This document shows, piece after piece, positions 22,119-34,697 of a stretch of 64,000 nucleotides of DNA. Under the pieces are notes generated by a model that made no database searches, was not told where the DNA came from, and saw nothing but the letters and a program-made list of their open reading frames with translations. The translations under genes were made by a program, and so were the position numbers. The stretch's first letter is position 1. Each line of letters starts with the position of its first letter. This DNA comes from Octopus sinensis. Lineage: Eukaryota. The stretch spans positions 50,964,001-51,028,000 of the forward strand of contig NC_042997.1 in NCBI RefSeq assembly GCF_006345805.1, in the 5' to 3' direction.

Positions 22119-22237
22119 TATATACATTATATATACATATATATAATATACATATAATATACATATATATATACATATATATATACATATATATATATAT
22201 ATACATATATATATACATATATTTCCATGCTATATCC

Positions 22238-23539
22238 ATGCTATATGCTATATTCCTGGTAAGACAGCTGCAGGAGAAATACCTAGCCAAAGATAAGCCC
22301 CTGTACCTGGCTTTTGTTGACTTGGAGAAAGCCTTTGACAGGGTCCCCCGGTCCCTTATCTGGTGGTCAATGAGGAAACTAGGGATAGAAGAATGGTTGG
22401 TGAGAGCTGTGCAAGCCATGTACAGAGACGCTGCTAGTAAGATGAGGGTGGGCAACGAGTACAGTGAAGAATTCCGGGTAGAGGTTGGGGTCCACCAAGG
22501 TTCAGTCCTCAGTCCCCTCCTATTTATCATAGTCCTCCAGGCAATAACGGAGGAATTCAAGACAGGTTGCCCCTGGGAGCTCCTCTATGCTGATGACCTT
22601 GCTCTAATTGCTGAGTCACTATCAGAACTGGAGGAGAAGTTCCAGGTGTGGAAACAAGGATTAGAATCGAAGGGCCTTAGAATCAACCTAGCCAAAACCA
22701 AAGTTCTAATAAGTAGGAAGGTAGATCAATCACAAACGCCTACAGGTAGATGGCCCTGCTCGATCTGTAAAAAAGGTGTAGGTAGAAACTCTATAAGATG
22801 CACCAAGTGTAAGCTATGGACACATAAGAGGTGCAGCAATGTCAAAGGAAGGCTAACTAGGAAAATAGTTTTTGTCTGTGGCAAATGCTCAGGAGCAATA
22901 AACACTGGAAATATGCAGAGACCAACTTCTGCCACGTTCCAGGGAGACAAACTAGAAGTAGTTGATAGCTTCCGCTACCTAGGAGACCAAGTCAGTAGCG
23001 GGGGTGGGTGTGCTGAAAGTGTAACTGCTAGAGTAAGAATAGCCTGGGCAAAGTTTAGAGAGCTCTTACCCCTGCTGGTGACAAAAGGCCTCTCGCTCAG
23101 AGTAAAAGGCAGACTGTATGATGCATGTGTACGTACAGCCATGCTACATGGTAGTGAAACATGGGCCGTGACTGCTGAGGATATGCGTAAGCTCGCAAGA
23201 AATGAAGCCAGTATGCTCCGATGGATGTGTAATGTCAGTGTTCATAATCGTCAGAGTGTAAGTTCCTTGAGAGAAAAGCTGAACCTAAGAAGCGTCAGTT
23301 GTGGCGTGCAAGAGAGACAGCTGCGCTGGTATGGTCATGTGACAAGAAAGGCTGAAGATAGTTGTGTGCAAAAGTGCTACACCCTAGCAGTGGAGGGAAC
23401 CTGTGGAAGAGGTAGACCCAGGAAAACCTGGGACGAGGTGGTGAAGCACGACCTTCGAACTTTAGGTCTCACTAAGGAAATGTCTAGAGACCGAGACCTA
23501 TGGAAGTATGCTGTGCATGAGAAGACCCGGCAAGACTAG
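22238..23539 (+). CDS. RTE reverse transcriptase (C-terminal 433 aa, uninterrupted) with an inserted PHD-type finger
   Basis: [59 protein letters not shown]; Cys/His cluster at 22757-22888. Confidence 0.9.
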   Translation: MLYAIFLVRQLQEKYLAKDKPLYLAFVDLEKAFDRVPRSLIWWSMRKLGIEEWLVRAVQAMYRDAASKMRVGNEYSEEFRVEVGVHQGSVLSPLLFIIVLQAITEEFKTGCPWELLYADDLALIAESLSELEEKFQVWKQGLESKGLRINLAKTKVLISRKVDQSQTPTGRWPCSICKKGVGRNSIRCTKCKLWTHKRCSNVKGRLTRKIVFVCGKCSGAINTGNMQRPTSATFQGDKLEVVDSFRYLGDQVSSGGGCAESVTARVRIAWAKFRELLPLLVTKGLSLRVKGRLYDACVRTAMLHGSETWAVTAEDMRKLARNEASMLRWMCNVSVHNRQSVSSLREKLNLRSVSCGVQERQLRWYGHVTRKAEDSCVQKCYTLAVEGTCGRGRPRKTWDEVVKHDLRTLGLTKEMSRDRDLWKYAVHEKTRQD

Positions 23540-25130
23540 TCAGGCCATAACCCGTGGCCCCGACTTGGGACGTAGTCAGTCCTGTGCATACCTTCCTTCT
23601 TGTGACACTTATAAAGACCTGTTGAGGCAAGTGAAAATCAAATCAAATCAAAACAAATCAAAATAGATGAACATCAGTGGAATTGTATTCTTTGTGGTAC
23701 CAGTGCCGGTGGCACACAAGAAAACCACCCAAACGTGGCCGTAACCAGTACCGCATCGACTGGCCTCCGTGCTGTGGGCACAACAAACACCATCCGATCG
23801 TGGCCGTTCGCCAGCCTCATCTGGCACCTGTGCCGGTGGCACATAAAGACACCATCCGAAGACCCGGCGACGTAGTCAGTCCACCTGTGCATACCTTCCC
23901 TCTTATGACACTTGTGAAGACCTGTTGAGGCAAGTGTGTGACACTTGTGAAGACCTGTTGAGGCAGAGGCAAGTGTGTGACACTTGTGGAGACCTGTTGA
24001 GGCAAGTGTGTGACCCTTGTGAAGACCTGTTGAGGCAAGTGAAAATCAAACAAATCAAATCAAAATAGATGAATATCAATGGAATTTGTATCTTTGTGGT
24101 TCCAGTAACGGTGGCACACAAGAAAACCATCCGAACGTGGCCGTAGCTGGTACCGCATCGACTGGCCTCCGTGCTGTGGGCACAACAAACACCATCTGAT
24201 CGTGGCCGTCCGCCAGCCTCACCTGGCACCTGTGTCGGTGGCACATAAAAACACCCTCCAAAGACCCGGCGACGTAGTCAGTCCACCTGTGCATACCTTC
24301 CCTCTTATGACACTTGTGAAGACCTGTTGAGGCAGAGGCAAGTGTGTGACACTTTGTGAAGACCTGTTGAGGCAGAGGCAAGTGTGTGACACTTGTGGAG
24401 ACCTGTTGAGGCAAGTGTGTGACACGCGTGACACTTGTGAAGACCTGTTGAGGCAAGTGAAAATCAAACCAAATCAAAATAGATGAACATCAATGGAATT
24501 TGTATCTTTGTGGTTCCAGTACCGGTGGCACACAAGAAAACCATCCGATCGTGGCCGTTCGCCAGCCACATCTGGCACCTGTGTCGGTGGCACATAAAGA
24601 CACCATCCGAAGACCCGGCGACGTAGACAGTCCACCTGTGCATACCTTCCTTCTTGTGACACTTGTGAAGACCTGTTGAGGCAAGTGAAAATCAAAAAAA
24701 AAAAAAAAAAATCAAATCAAATCAAAACAAATCAAAATAGATGAACATAAATGGAATTTGTATCTTTGTGGTACCAGTGCCGGTGGCACACAAGAAAATC
24801 ATCCGAACGTGGCCGTAGCCAGTACCGCATAGACTGGCCTCCGTGCTTTGGGGACGTAACAAACACCATCCGATCGTGGCCGTCCGCCAGCCTCATCTGG
24901 CACCTGTGTCGGTGGCACATAAAAACACCATCCGAGCGTGGCCGTCTGCCAGCCTCGTCTGGCACCTGCCAGCCTCATCTGGCACCTGTGTCGGTGGCAC
25001 ATAAAAACACCATCCGAGCGTGGCCGTCTGCCAGCCTCGTCTGGCACCTGTGTCGGTGGCACATAAAAACACCATCCGAGCGTGGTCGTTCGCCAGCCTC
25101 GTCTGGCACCTGTGTCGGTGGCACATAAAT
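23521..25130 (+). repeat. Nested tandem repeats in the RTE 3' UTR: four 340-400-bp macro-units with about 30-bp and 55-bp subunits
   Basis: Units start at GAAGACCCGGC (about 23521, 23858, 24260, 24609); subrepeat TGACACTTGTGAAGACCTGTTGAGGCAAGTG. Confidence 0.9.
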
Positions 25131-25521
25131 CACCCACTACACTCTCGGAGTGGTTGGCGTTAGGAAGGGCATCCAGCTGTAGAAACACTGCCAGATCTGA
25201 CTGGCCTGGTGCAGCCTTCGGGCTCCCAGACCCCAGTTGAACCGTCCAACCCATGCTAGCATGGAAAACGGACGCTAAATGATGATGATGATGATGATGA
25301 TGATATATATCATATATATATACATATATATATACATATATACATATATATATACATATATATATACATATATATATATACATACATATACATACATATA
25401 TATATATATACATATATATACATATATATATACATATATATATATATACATACATATATATATATACATACATATACATATATATACATACATATACATA
25501 CATACATTACACATATATATA

Positions 25522-25565
<44 letters not shown>

Positions 25566-25573
25566 TATGTATA

Positions 25574-25589
<16 letters not shown>

Positions 25590-25604
<15 letters not shown>

Positions 25605-25928
25605 AAAGACTCCGCTGGTTACGACGACGAGGGTCCCAGCTGATACAATCAACGGAACAGCTTGCTCGTGAAATTAACGTGCAAATGGCTGAGCATTCCA
25701 CAGACACGTGTACCCTTAACGTAGTTCTCGGGGATAATCAGCGTGACACACAGAGTGACAAGGCTGACCCTTTGAAATACAAGTACAACTCATTTTTGCC
25801 AGCTGAGTGGACTGGAGCAACGTGAAATAAAGTGTCTTGCTCAAGGACACAACGCGTCGCCGGGAATCGAACTCACAACCTTACGATCATGAGCCGAATG
25901 CCCTAACCACTAAGCCACGCGCCCTCAC
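25590..25928 (-). mobile_element. tRNA-derived SINE-C
   Basis: Minus strand head GTGGCTTAGTGGTTAGGG...GAGTTCGATTCC, core TGTCCTTGAGCAAGACACTT...CTCCAGTCCACTCAGCTG, poly-A tail. Confidence 0.85.
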
Positions 25929-25960
25929 ATATATATATACATATATATATACATATACTA

Positions 25961-27742
25961 CACCTCTAGGACACAGGCAAGTAAACAACCCAGAAGAATT
26001 CTTTGCCACTTTACCAGCGACCAAAGAGACAAAAATTGAGTACATCAACATCGAAGAAGATGATATCACACTAGCCATTGATGAGATTGACACAAACTCA
26101 GCTGCTGGACCTGATGGATTCCCAGCGATCCTTCTCAAATCGTGCAAACGAGCCCTTGCAAAACCGCTACAGCTTCTTTTTCAGAGCTTTCTTGCAAGTG
26201 GTAAGCTCCCAGTCAAACTGAAAGAGGGGGTAATATGCCCTATCCATAAGGGAGGAGGTAGCAGAGCAGATGCTAAAAATTATAGGCCTATCTCTCTGAC
26301 CTCACACATCAGCAAAGTCATGGAACGAATAGTCCGTAAGAAACTAATCATGTTCCTTGAAGAAAATGACTTACTGTCTGACACCCAGCATGGATTTCGA
26401 CCAGGTAGAGGCTGCCTAACACAGCTCCTGCAACACTATGACTGGGTGTTGAAACAGCTACTAAATGGCTCAAATGTGGATGTAATATATCTTGACTTTG
26501 CAAAAGCCTTTGATAAGTCGACCATGGTATGATCTGTCACAAACTGCGTGGTCTCGGCATAGGCGGGAAACTTGGAGAGTGGCTGCACAACTTCCTAAAA
26601 GACAGAAAACAGGCAGTTGTGAGCAATGGAGCCACCTCCAGGGAAACGCAAATAACAAGCGGTGTCCCACAGGGCACTGTCTGGGGCCACTGTGTCATAG
26701 TGGCCCTTTCAGACATGCCTTCAGTTGCTACGGTGACCACCCTTGCTAGCTATGCAGATGACACAAAAGTCTCCCACGCAATACAAAACCCTGAAAATAT
26801 TGGCATCTGCAACATGAGCTGGACACAATATACAGGTGGGCTGAGGACAACAACATGCAGTTTAATGCAGGTAAGTTCCAGGCCCTGCGCTACTGGCACA
26901 CAAAGGTAAATGACGTGAAGACTGGATACACTGGCCCAGGAAGAATTGCAATCCCTGAGTCAAAATCAGTGCGTGACCTGGGCATTGACATGAGCAATGA
27001 TGCATCTTTCCAAATGCATATTGCTAATCTGGTGATAAAATGCAGACGGCTAGCTGGATGGATTCTCCGAACTTTCAGAACAAGAGAGAAGGAGACACTG
27101 ATGGTCCTATGGAAAACATTTGTCCTCAGCCGCTTGGACTACTGCTCCAACTTTGGTCACCACACAATATAAAACAAACAGCAGAACTCGAAGCAATTCA
27201 GAGAAGCTACACAAAGAAAATCGTCTCAATGCAAAAGTCAGCTACTGGAAAGACTGAAGGTATTAAACCTCTTCTCCCTGGAGCGGAGGCGGGAGAGATA
27301 TGCAGTAATATACATCTGGAAAATCCTGGAGGGTCTTGTCCCAAACTTTGGCATTCAAAGTTACTCCAACCGCAGAACGGGGCGCCGCTGCGTGGTGCCA
27401 AGGATTCCAACATCACCATCAAAATACAGGTCCAGATACTGCAACAGCTTGGGTTTCAGAGGACCACAGCTTTTCAACATCCTCCCTAAATGCCTGAGAG
27501 ACTTACATGGTGTGGATGTGGGTTTCTTTAAAACTAAACTGGATCTCTTCTTGTTGGAAGTCCCAGATGAACCTACCTCACGACAGGAGACGCGGATGCG
27601 GGCAGCAGCATCGAACTCCCTTGTTGATCAAGTGCCACGTATCAGAGGTGGATTCACAAACTAGTGTGGCTCATTCAGCGGTGGTGCCCCAGCATGGCCG
27701 CGGCCTTCGGGCTAAAACATTTTTAAGGATTTTTAAGGATTT
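25961..27742 (+). mobile_element. CR1/L2-group LINE subfamily C, 5'-truncated RT region, frameshifted, (TTTTAAGGA)n tail
   Basis: SAAGPDG, KNYRPISLTS, YLDFAKAFDK, SGVPQG, YADDTK, FNAGKFQAL, EVPDEP. Confidence 0.92.
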
Positions 27743-27766
27743 ATATATATATACATATATATATAC

Positions 27767-27799
<33 letters not shown>

Positions 27800-27849
27800 C
27801 ATATATATATACATATATATATATACATATATATATATCATATATATAC

Positions 27850-27884
<35 letters not shown>

Positions 27885-27931
27885 CATATATATACATATA
27901 TATACATATATGTATATATATTCACATGAGT

Positions 27932-28554
27932 GACACTTTGACTATGCTCTCAGCTATGGTCACCATCCAGTGTCAAGTTGATCACAGAACTTGAGGCGAT
28001 CCAACGAAGCTACACAAAGAAGATAGCCTCTATGCAGAATGTAAGCTACTGGGAAAGACTCAAGAGATAAAATTATATTCTCTGGAGCGTAGGCGGGAAA
28101 GATATGCCATAATATACATCTGGAAGATCCTGGAGGGAAGTGTCCTGAACTTTGGCATCGAGAGTTACGCAAATGCCAGAACTGGGCGCCACTGCGTGGT
28201 GCCTAGGACTCCAAACCTGCCATCAAGATGTAGGACAGATTCTGTGATAGCCTGGGCTTCCGAGGCCCACAGCTCTTCAATATCCTCCCGAAGAACCTGA
28301 GAGACCTGCATGGGGTGGATACAGATGTCTTTAAAATGAAGCTGGATCTCTTCCTGTCAGGTGTCCCAGATGAACCAACTTCACGGCAGGAGGGGCAGAT
28401 GAGGGCAGCTGCATCGAACTCTCTCATGCACCAAATAGCAGTTGCTAGAAAGCCTCCATGAAGTGAAACCAAGTAGCAACACCAAATGGCGGTGCCCCAG
28501 CATGGCCACAGCTCATAAGCTGAAACTAGAATCAATCAATCAATCAATCAATCA
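27932..28554 (+). mobile_element. Subfamily-B LINE 3' fragment with (AATC)n tail
   Basis: Near-identical reverse complement of 11831-12280, but without the 199-bp deletion. Confidence 0.9.
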
Positions 28555-28944
28555 TATATATATATATATATACATATATATACATATATATATATAATAT
28601 ATATATATATATTTACATATAATATATACATATATATATATATATACACATATATATATACACACATATATACACATATATATATACATATATATATATA
28701 CACACATATATATACACACATATGTATACACACACATATATATACACACATATATATACACAACAATATATAACACACATATATATATACACATATATAT
28801 ATACACATATATATATACACAATATATATAACACATATATATATATATACATATATATATATACATACATATATATATATATACATACTACACATACATA
28901 TATACATACATACACACATACATACATACATACACATACATACA

Positions 28945-28983
<39 letters not shown>

Positions 28984-28990
28984 CACATAT
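28555..28990. repeat. (TA)n/(CA)n microsatellite array
   Basis: Read directly. Confidence 0.95.
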
Positions 28991-29044
28991 TGCCTTGAGC
29001 CCAGCTTATAAATATTATCTGTTACTGATTAACTTTAATACAAT

Positions 29045-29945
29045 TGTTATTAATAATTCTATTATGGGCACAAGGCCTGAAATTTTGGGGGAGGGGGCTA
29101 GTCAATTACATCAACTCCAGGGCTCAACTGGTACTTATTCTATTCTTTTCTACTCTATGCACAAGGCCCAAAATTTGGGGGGAGGGAGCCAGTTGATTAG
29201 ATCGACTCCAGTACGCAACTGGTGCTTAATTTATCAACCCCAAAAAGATGAAAGCCAAAGTCGACTTCGGTACTTATTCTACTGACCCCAAAAGGATGAA
29301 AGGCAAAAGGATGTAAAACTGGAAGAAATGCTGTTACTACTTTTACTTATATTATTATTATTATTATTATTATTGCAGTGAGCTAGCAGAACCATCAGCA
29401 TACTAGAGAGAATGGTTAAAGGCACTTCTTGTTTATGTTCTGAGCTCAAATTCCACTGAGGTTGACTTTGCTTTCCATCTTATTAGGAGTTGATAAATTA
29501 AGTATCAGTTGAGCACTGGGGACAATGAAATCAACTCGCTCCCTCGCCCCAAAATTTCAGGCCCTGTGACTGTAGTAGAAAGAACTGATATTATTATTAT
29601 TATGTTTCCAATTGATTCATGTCAGCAACTGCACCACCTGGTGTACCTATACATTCCTTAGGTGTACGCAGCATTTTCTTTTAAAGGAAAAGAAATTGTG
29701 TTTCTATGCTGCATCTGTTTTAATTTGTGCGAGAATTTATTGGTTTCAAATTTTGGCACAAGGCCAGCAATGTTAGGGTAGGGAATAAGTCGATTAAACT
29801 GACCCTAGTGCTTGACTGGCACTTATTCTATAGACCCTCCCAAAAAAATAAAAGGCAAAGTCAACCTGAGCAGAATTTGAACTCAGAAGATGAAGACAGC
29901 ATTTTGCCCGGAGTGCTAACAATTCTGCCAGCTCTCCACCTTATT
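29045..29945. mobile_element. SINE-A cluster (minus 29045-29330, plus 29375-29590, minus 29735-29945) with a duplicated LINE-UTR piece
   Basis: SINE-A motifs; 29345-29730 duplicates 3890-4130 plus 4381-4520. Confidence 0.8.
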
Positions 29946-30616
29946 ATGAATAAAAAAAAGAAAGATTTGTTCCCTCACTGCCTAACAGTGATGGAAGCAG
30001 TGATGGAAAAGAAGAAACACTGAAACTGACAGTCATCTCATGATGAAACAAAATGATTTCGTTTGTGAAACAAGTGCATGCCATATGCACACAAACAGAA
30101 GCGATAACAAAAATGAATGCAGTAACATGAGAAGGAGTGCACAATCCGAATGAATTAGCAGCATTTCCCTTGCAATCAAAGCTAAACATTGAACTGTGAA
30201 ACGATTCAAAGGGATGCGTACGTAGACATAAATGCAAACTGAAAGTGTGCGAGACAAAAGGGGGTTTGTGTGAGCTTGAGAATGCAGGAACAAGACAATG
30301 CCTGTGCATCTTGCAAACCAACAACATGGTACGCATGCTTGCACATAGAGATATAAATACAAGTTTGAATTGTTGAAAATTGAATAGACAAACACATACA
30401 TGCACACACACAAGCACACACACACACAGAGGAAAAGGGAGTGCGTAAGTGCATGCACGTGTGCTCTCAATCTCCTTTGGTTTATTCACCAGGTCTGTTT
30501 TTACAATGAGCCTAAATAAATGTTAAATATATTGCATGTAACATCCATATATATACATAAATATGCAGACACACACACATACACATAAACAAGCGCGTGC
30601 TCACACACACAAATGT

Positions 30617-30760
30617 ATACACTAGAGGGAGCTGAAAAGTTCCTGGCTTTGGGTACAAGAAAATACAGGAAGATCACTTAATTAAGATTTTATCCAGCAT
30701 ATTTTCCTCTCATTTATATGCTTATTGCTGAGGTCCTTCAGTTTTTCTAAGCCCTGTAAA
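30617..30760 (-). mobile_element. Right end of a second mariner-like family (TIR and transposase C-terminal remnant)
   Basis: GAGCTGAAAAGTTCCTGGCTTTGGGT matches 53300-53340 in the opposite orientation; remnant GLEKLKD. Confidence 0.5.
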
Positions 30761-31840
30761 AGAACTCAGGAGGTTGGGTCTCCAACCAGGCCTTTCATGA
30801 CATACAGACATATGGCACAGTAAGATACAAAATTTAAGTTGCATGGCAAACAACCAGTGTTTAGAACTCCATGTATATATATATGCAGCAATAAGAAATT
30901 TCTGAATTATCAGGTACAACTATACAAAGACAATCCAAAATCTACAGGATCTGTTGACAAAACATCATCATCATCGTTTAACGTTCGTTTTCTGTGCTAG
31001 CATGGGTTAAAACTATTTTTTATTATATTTTTCACATGGATACAGGTTAATGCTGTTTTCACTGAACAAGTGGAATTTATGGCCTTTTAGGATAATATCT
31101 TTTATTAAGGAGAGGAAATATTAAGCAAAAGTTTATTTTTACACCAATATTCTTTGGTGGGTTCTACCAGATAACATTTCTTTTCTAAGAGGTTTTAAGA
31201 GCAGTAGTTGGAAGGGGACTTTTATGACTTGCAGTTCAGCTGAAGGTGGCTTCAGAAGGAAATGTATTTATCCTCTTGCTTCAAGGTGGGCAGGAGTTGT
31301 ATGGTAAAGGTATCTAGTGCCATCAAGAGCCATAATCCAAGAATATTGCAACCTAATGTAAAGTAAAGGGAGCTGACATATAATTACTAAATGATAGAAC
31401 TTTGTCTTCTAAAGGGAAAATTCCTGCAAAAACAATATTTATACAAAGCTGCTGATTCCAGCAAGCTATACATTAATAAGCTGAGGGAGTGTCTACTCAG
31501 TCATATGCTAGAAATAATAGCCAAACTCCCTCAATTTACATTCTGCTGTCTTAAAAAAGTAAGACTTTGGACAAAACAGCCTTTGATGTACAAAAGAAAC
31601 AATACAAAAAAAAAGATGTGGCTAATCCAGGTCAGGATACCTTTGAATCACAAGTGAGTTCATTCAGGAGTGATTTCTGGCTAAACAAAGACAACAATAG
31701 GATATTTCTGTTAGTTCCACTGTCCAAGTCAAAAGAATGCATGAATGAATAAAGAACATCTTAAAAACGAGCCAACAGTTCATTTTAAATTACACGATAT
31801 GAATAAGTCTTTAAACATTAAATATACCTTTACCAAGCAT

Positions 31841-31974
31841 AGGTGCAGGAGTGGCTGTGTGGTAAGTAGCTTGCTTACCAACCCATGGTTCCGGGTTCAG
31901 TCCCACTGCGTGGCACCTAGGGCAAGTGTCTTCTACTATAGCCTCGGGCTGACCAAAACCTTGTGAGTGGATTT

Positions 31975-32008
<34 letters not shown>

Positions 32009-32150
32009 TGACTACCGATGCTGGAGTGTTTACGTCCCCGTAACTTAGCAGTTCGGCTTACAAAGAATAAACTCTGGGGCCGATTTCTTCGACTAAAGGT
32101 GGTGCTCCAGCATGGCCGCAGTCAAATGACTGAAACAAGTAAAAGAGTAA
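31841..32150 (+). mobile_element. tRNA-derived SINE-B with internal (TG)n and a LINE-like 3' tail
   Basis: AGGAGTGGCTGTGTGGTAAG...GGGTTCAGTCCC head; 3' GGTGCTCCAGCATGGCCGCAGTCAAATGACTGAAACAAGTAAAAGAG. Confidence 0.9.
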
Positions 32151-32604
32151 GATTCCAAAAAGTTAAGATTAATTTCAGATAATGGAAATGTATGGCATAT
32201 TATTTACTAGCTGTAGTATTTTCTCTTATACAAAAGTAGGCCAGGGAGCTATCCAAAATTTCTGTAGAAAGAATTTTATGAAATAATCAACAGAAAATTT
32301 CTATCCTTGGCTTTTCAATTCTAATTGCATTTGCGGTTTTTTGTTTTATTTGTTTCAGTCATTGGGCTGTAGCCATGCTAGAACACTGCCTTGAAGAATT
32401 TTTAGTCAAATGAATTGACCCCAATACATTTTTTTTTAAGCCTGGTACTTATTCTTCCAATCTCTTCCAATCTCTTTTTGCCAAATCACTAAATTACAGA
32501 CATGAACACACCAACACCAGTTATCAAATGGTACTAGGGAACAAACACACACACACTTAAGGAAAGAAGCCCGTCATACGATGGGCGCTTCTTTTAGTTT
32601 CCTT

Positions 32605-33015
32605 TTTCTTTATTGCCCACAGGGGACTAAACATAGAGGGGACAAACAAGGATAGACAAAGGTATTAAGTCGATTACATCAACCCCAGTGCATAACTGGT
32701 ACTTAATTTATCGACCCCAAAAGGATGAAAGGCAAAGTCGACCTCCACAGAATTTGAACTCAGAACGTAACGGCAGACGAAATACCTATTTCTTTACTAC
32801 CCGCAAGGGGCTAAACACAGAGAAGATAAACAAGGACAAACAAATGAACTAAGTCGATAATATCAACCCCAGTGCGTAACTGGTACTTGTTTAATCGACC
32901 CTGAAAGGATGAAAGGTAAATTCGACCTCGGTGGAATTTGAACTCAGAACGTAGCGGCAGATGAAATACCGTTAAGCATTTCGCCCAGCGTGCTAATGTT
33001 TCTGCCAGCTCACCA
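32605..33015 (-). mobile_element. Two tandem SINE-A copies
   Basis: Reverse complements of SINE-A including the AGCCCCTTGTGGG..TAAAGAAATA 3' part. Confidence 0.9.
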
Positions 33016-33189
33016 CCTTTTTCAGTTTCTGTCAACGAAATCCACTCACAAGGTTTTGGTCGGCCGGAAGTTACAGTAGTGGACACTTGGCCAAAGTGCC
33101 ACACTGTGGGGCTGAAGCCAATGGGGAGCAAGCTTCTTATCACACAGCCATGCCTGCACCTATTGCACAGAATTCTCTTGTACTTGTCG

Positions 33190-33640
33190 CTCTTATGAAA
33201 ACATGCTGAATATTCTGGCTTATTTTCATATGAGATTATACAATTTCTGACAATGAGGATTTTTGATGGTTTAAACATTAAGCAGTGAACAAAAGAAATA
33301 AATTCACACAACATCCAATGAAAATCCATGACATTGTTTCAAGGATTAAGATATCAATGATTGGTTGGCAGTTGACAGTGATATTGAATTATCCCAAATT
33401 TTTCAAAGCAGGAGATTATATTGACAATGTGGTTAATCCCCAAAACTGAAATGCAGTAATTTGTTCCAACGAAGATGAAGCTGACAGAAACAAAACAACT
33501 GAAAGAGTGTCTTGTTCTATGTAACTCAACAGCTCAATCCTGAATGAATATAACTTGTTCTTAATTTGAACAAAAATCTACATTTCTCTGTGCAACAAGT
33601 TACGAAAGCACATGTGTTTAAAAATATAATGATCACTACA
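33190..33640 (+). pseudogene. Possible degenerate pogo/Tigger-type transposase C-terminal remnant
   Basis: Fragmentary frames such as DINDWLAVDSD and SNEDEADRNKTTERVS resemble the acidic Tigger C-terminus; many stops. Confidence 0.3.
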
Positions 33641-33664
33641 AAACGGTAAAACTAGGAAATTCTT

Positions 33665-33882
33665 ATTTCTTTATTGCCCACAAGGGGCTAAACAAGGACA
33701 GACAAACCGAAAAGAGGATGATTATATCGACCCAAGTGCATAACTGGTACTTAATTTATCGACCCCGAAAAGATGAAAGGCAAAGTCGACCTTGGCAGAA
33801 TTTGAACTCAGAATGTAACGGCAGACGAAATACCACTAAGCATTTCGCCCGGCGTGCTAATGTTTCTGCCAGCTTGCCGCCT
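33665..33882 (-). mobile_element. SINE-A
   Basis: Full reverse-complement match to the SINE-A pattern. Confidence 0.9.
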
Positions 33883-34243
33883 TTAAAATAAATCCTAAAA
33901 TTCTTTAAAATAAATCCATTACTGAAGCCCATTAAACACAAGTGGGGAAATAAATCTTTTTTTCTTTCAATGTTTTGTCAATGCATCAGGCTTAAGAAAA
34001 ATAAATACTGGGGGTCGAGTTGGTTGACTTAACTCTACAAGGCAGTGCTGCAGCATGGCCATAGTTCAATGCCTGAAACAGATAAAAGATAAAAGAAAAG
34101 ATTGTGCATTTAACAGCAAATAAATGGAATTCCATCTATTGTGTTTCTATTTATTTTCAGTACCTCCTTTATTTACATAATAAATATATTTGAAATATGT
34201 CCTAGGCAAGGACAGAAAAGGTAATAAACACAGGGGCTGGGGC

Positions 34244-34450
34244 CTGGCTGGCTGCTATCAGTTTGTGCCAGTCGCCATCAAGACATCAGGGGTTCTAGGA
34301 CCCTGTACTACCAGTTTCCTCTGCAAAATTGGGATAACAGTAGCCTGTTGAAGAAATGAGCCCAGCAAGGTGCAGTGGTTGCTGAAGCAAGTGTCGCTGG
34401 CCACTCTCCATGGCAACACCATTGAAGTCATTACCGCGAGGCATGGCTGA
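34244..34450 (+). pseudogene. C-terminal restriction-like endonuclease remnant of a CRE/NeSL-type non-LTR retrotransposon
   Basis: YQFVPVAIKTSGVLGPCTTSFLCKIG...VQWLLKQVSLATLHGN, matching the F-x-P-x-A-x-E-T-x-G...W-L-x-Q-x-x-S-x-A-x-x-R-G-N pattern; one in-frame stop. Confidence 0.6.
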
Positions 34451-34697
34451 GCACCCCACTTGTTGAAGGATATGTGGCCCACCGGCCCCTCCTCCTCCGT
34501 CTTCTGCTGCTTTGTCCCCCGTCCCCACCTTTTTTCTTTTTCTTTCTTTTGTCTCTTCATTCATGTTTCTTTGTATTTAACCCTTTAGCATTTAAACCGG
34601 CCAAACCAGGCAGTTCCAGCATCTCACACTGATCCGACAATGTCATTCTAAAAATAAACTGTCACATCACTGAAAACTCAAAGCTATGAGATAATGT

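Larger units (their letters stand above)
22225..25304 (+). mobile_element. RTE-clade LINE, 5'-truncated, with a long repetitive 3' UTR and (GAT)n tail
   Basis: RT ORF followed by a 1.76-kb UTR ending GGTTGGCGTTAGGAAGGGCATCC...CTAAAT(GAT)n. Confidence 0.9.

Noticed and set aside
23580-24690. CRISPR-like look of the about 30-bp repeats in the RTE UTR
   Set aside because: Repeats are contiguous with no unique spacers, there are no cas genes, and the context is a eukaryotic LINE.
31841-31930. tRNA genes suggested by A/B boxes here and in other SINE heads
   Set aside because: They continue into SINE bodies and I could not draw a full cloverleaf; they are tRNA-derived SINE heads.
34258-34564. Minus-strand ORFs as a host exon
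   Set aside because: The plus strand gives a recognisable retrotransposon RLE motif; the minus ORFs have no recognisable motif or splice context.
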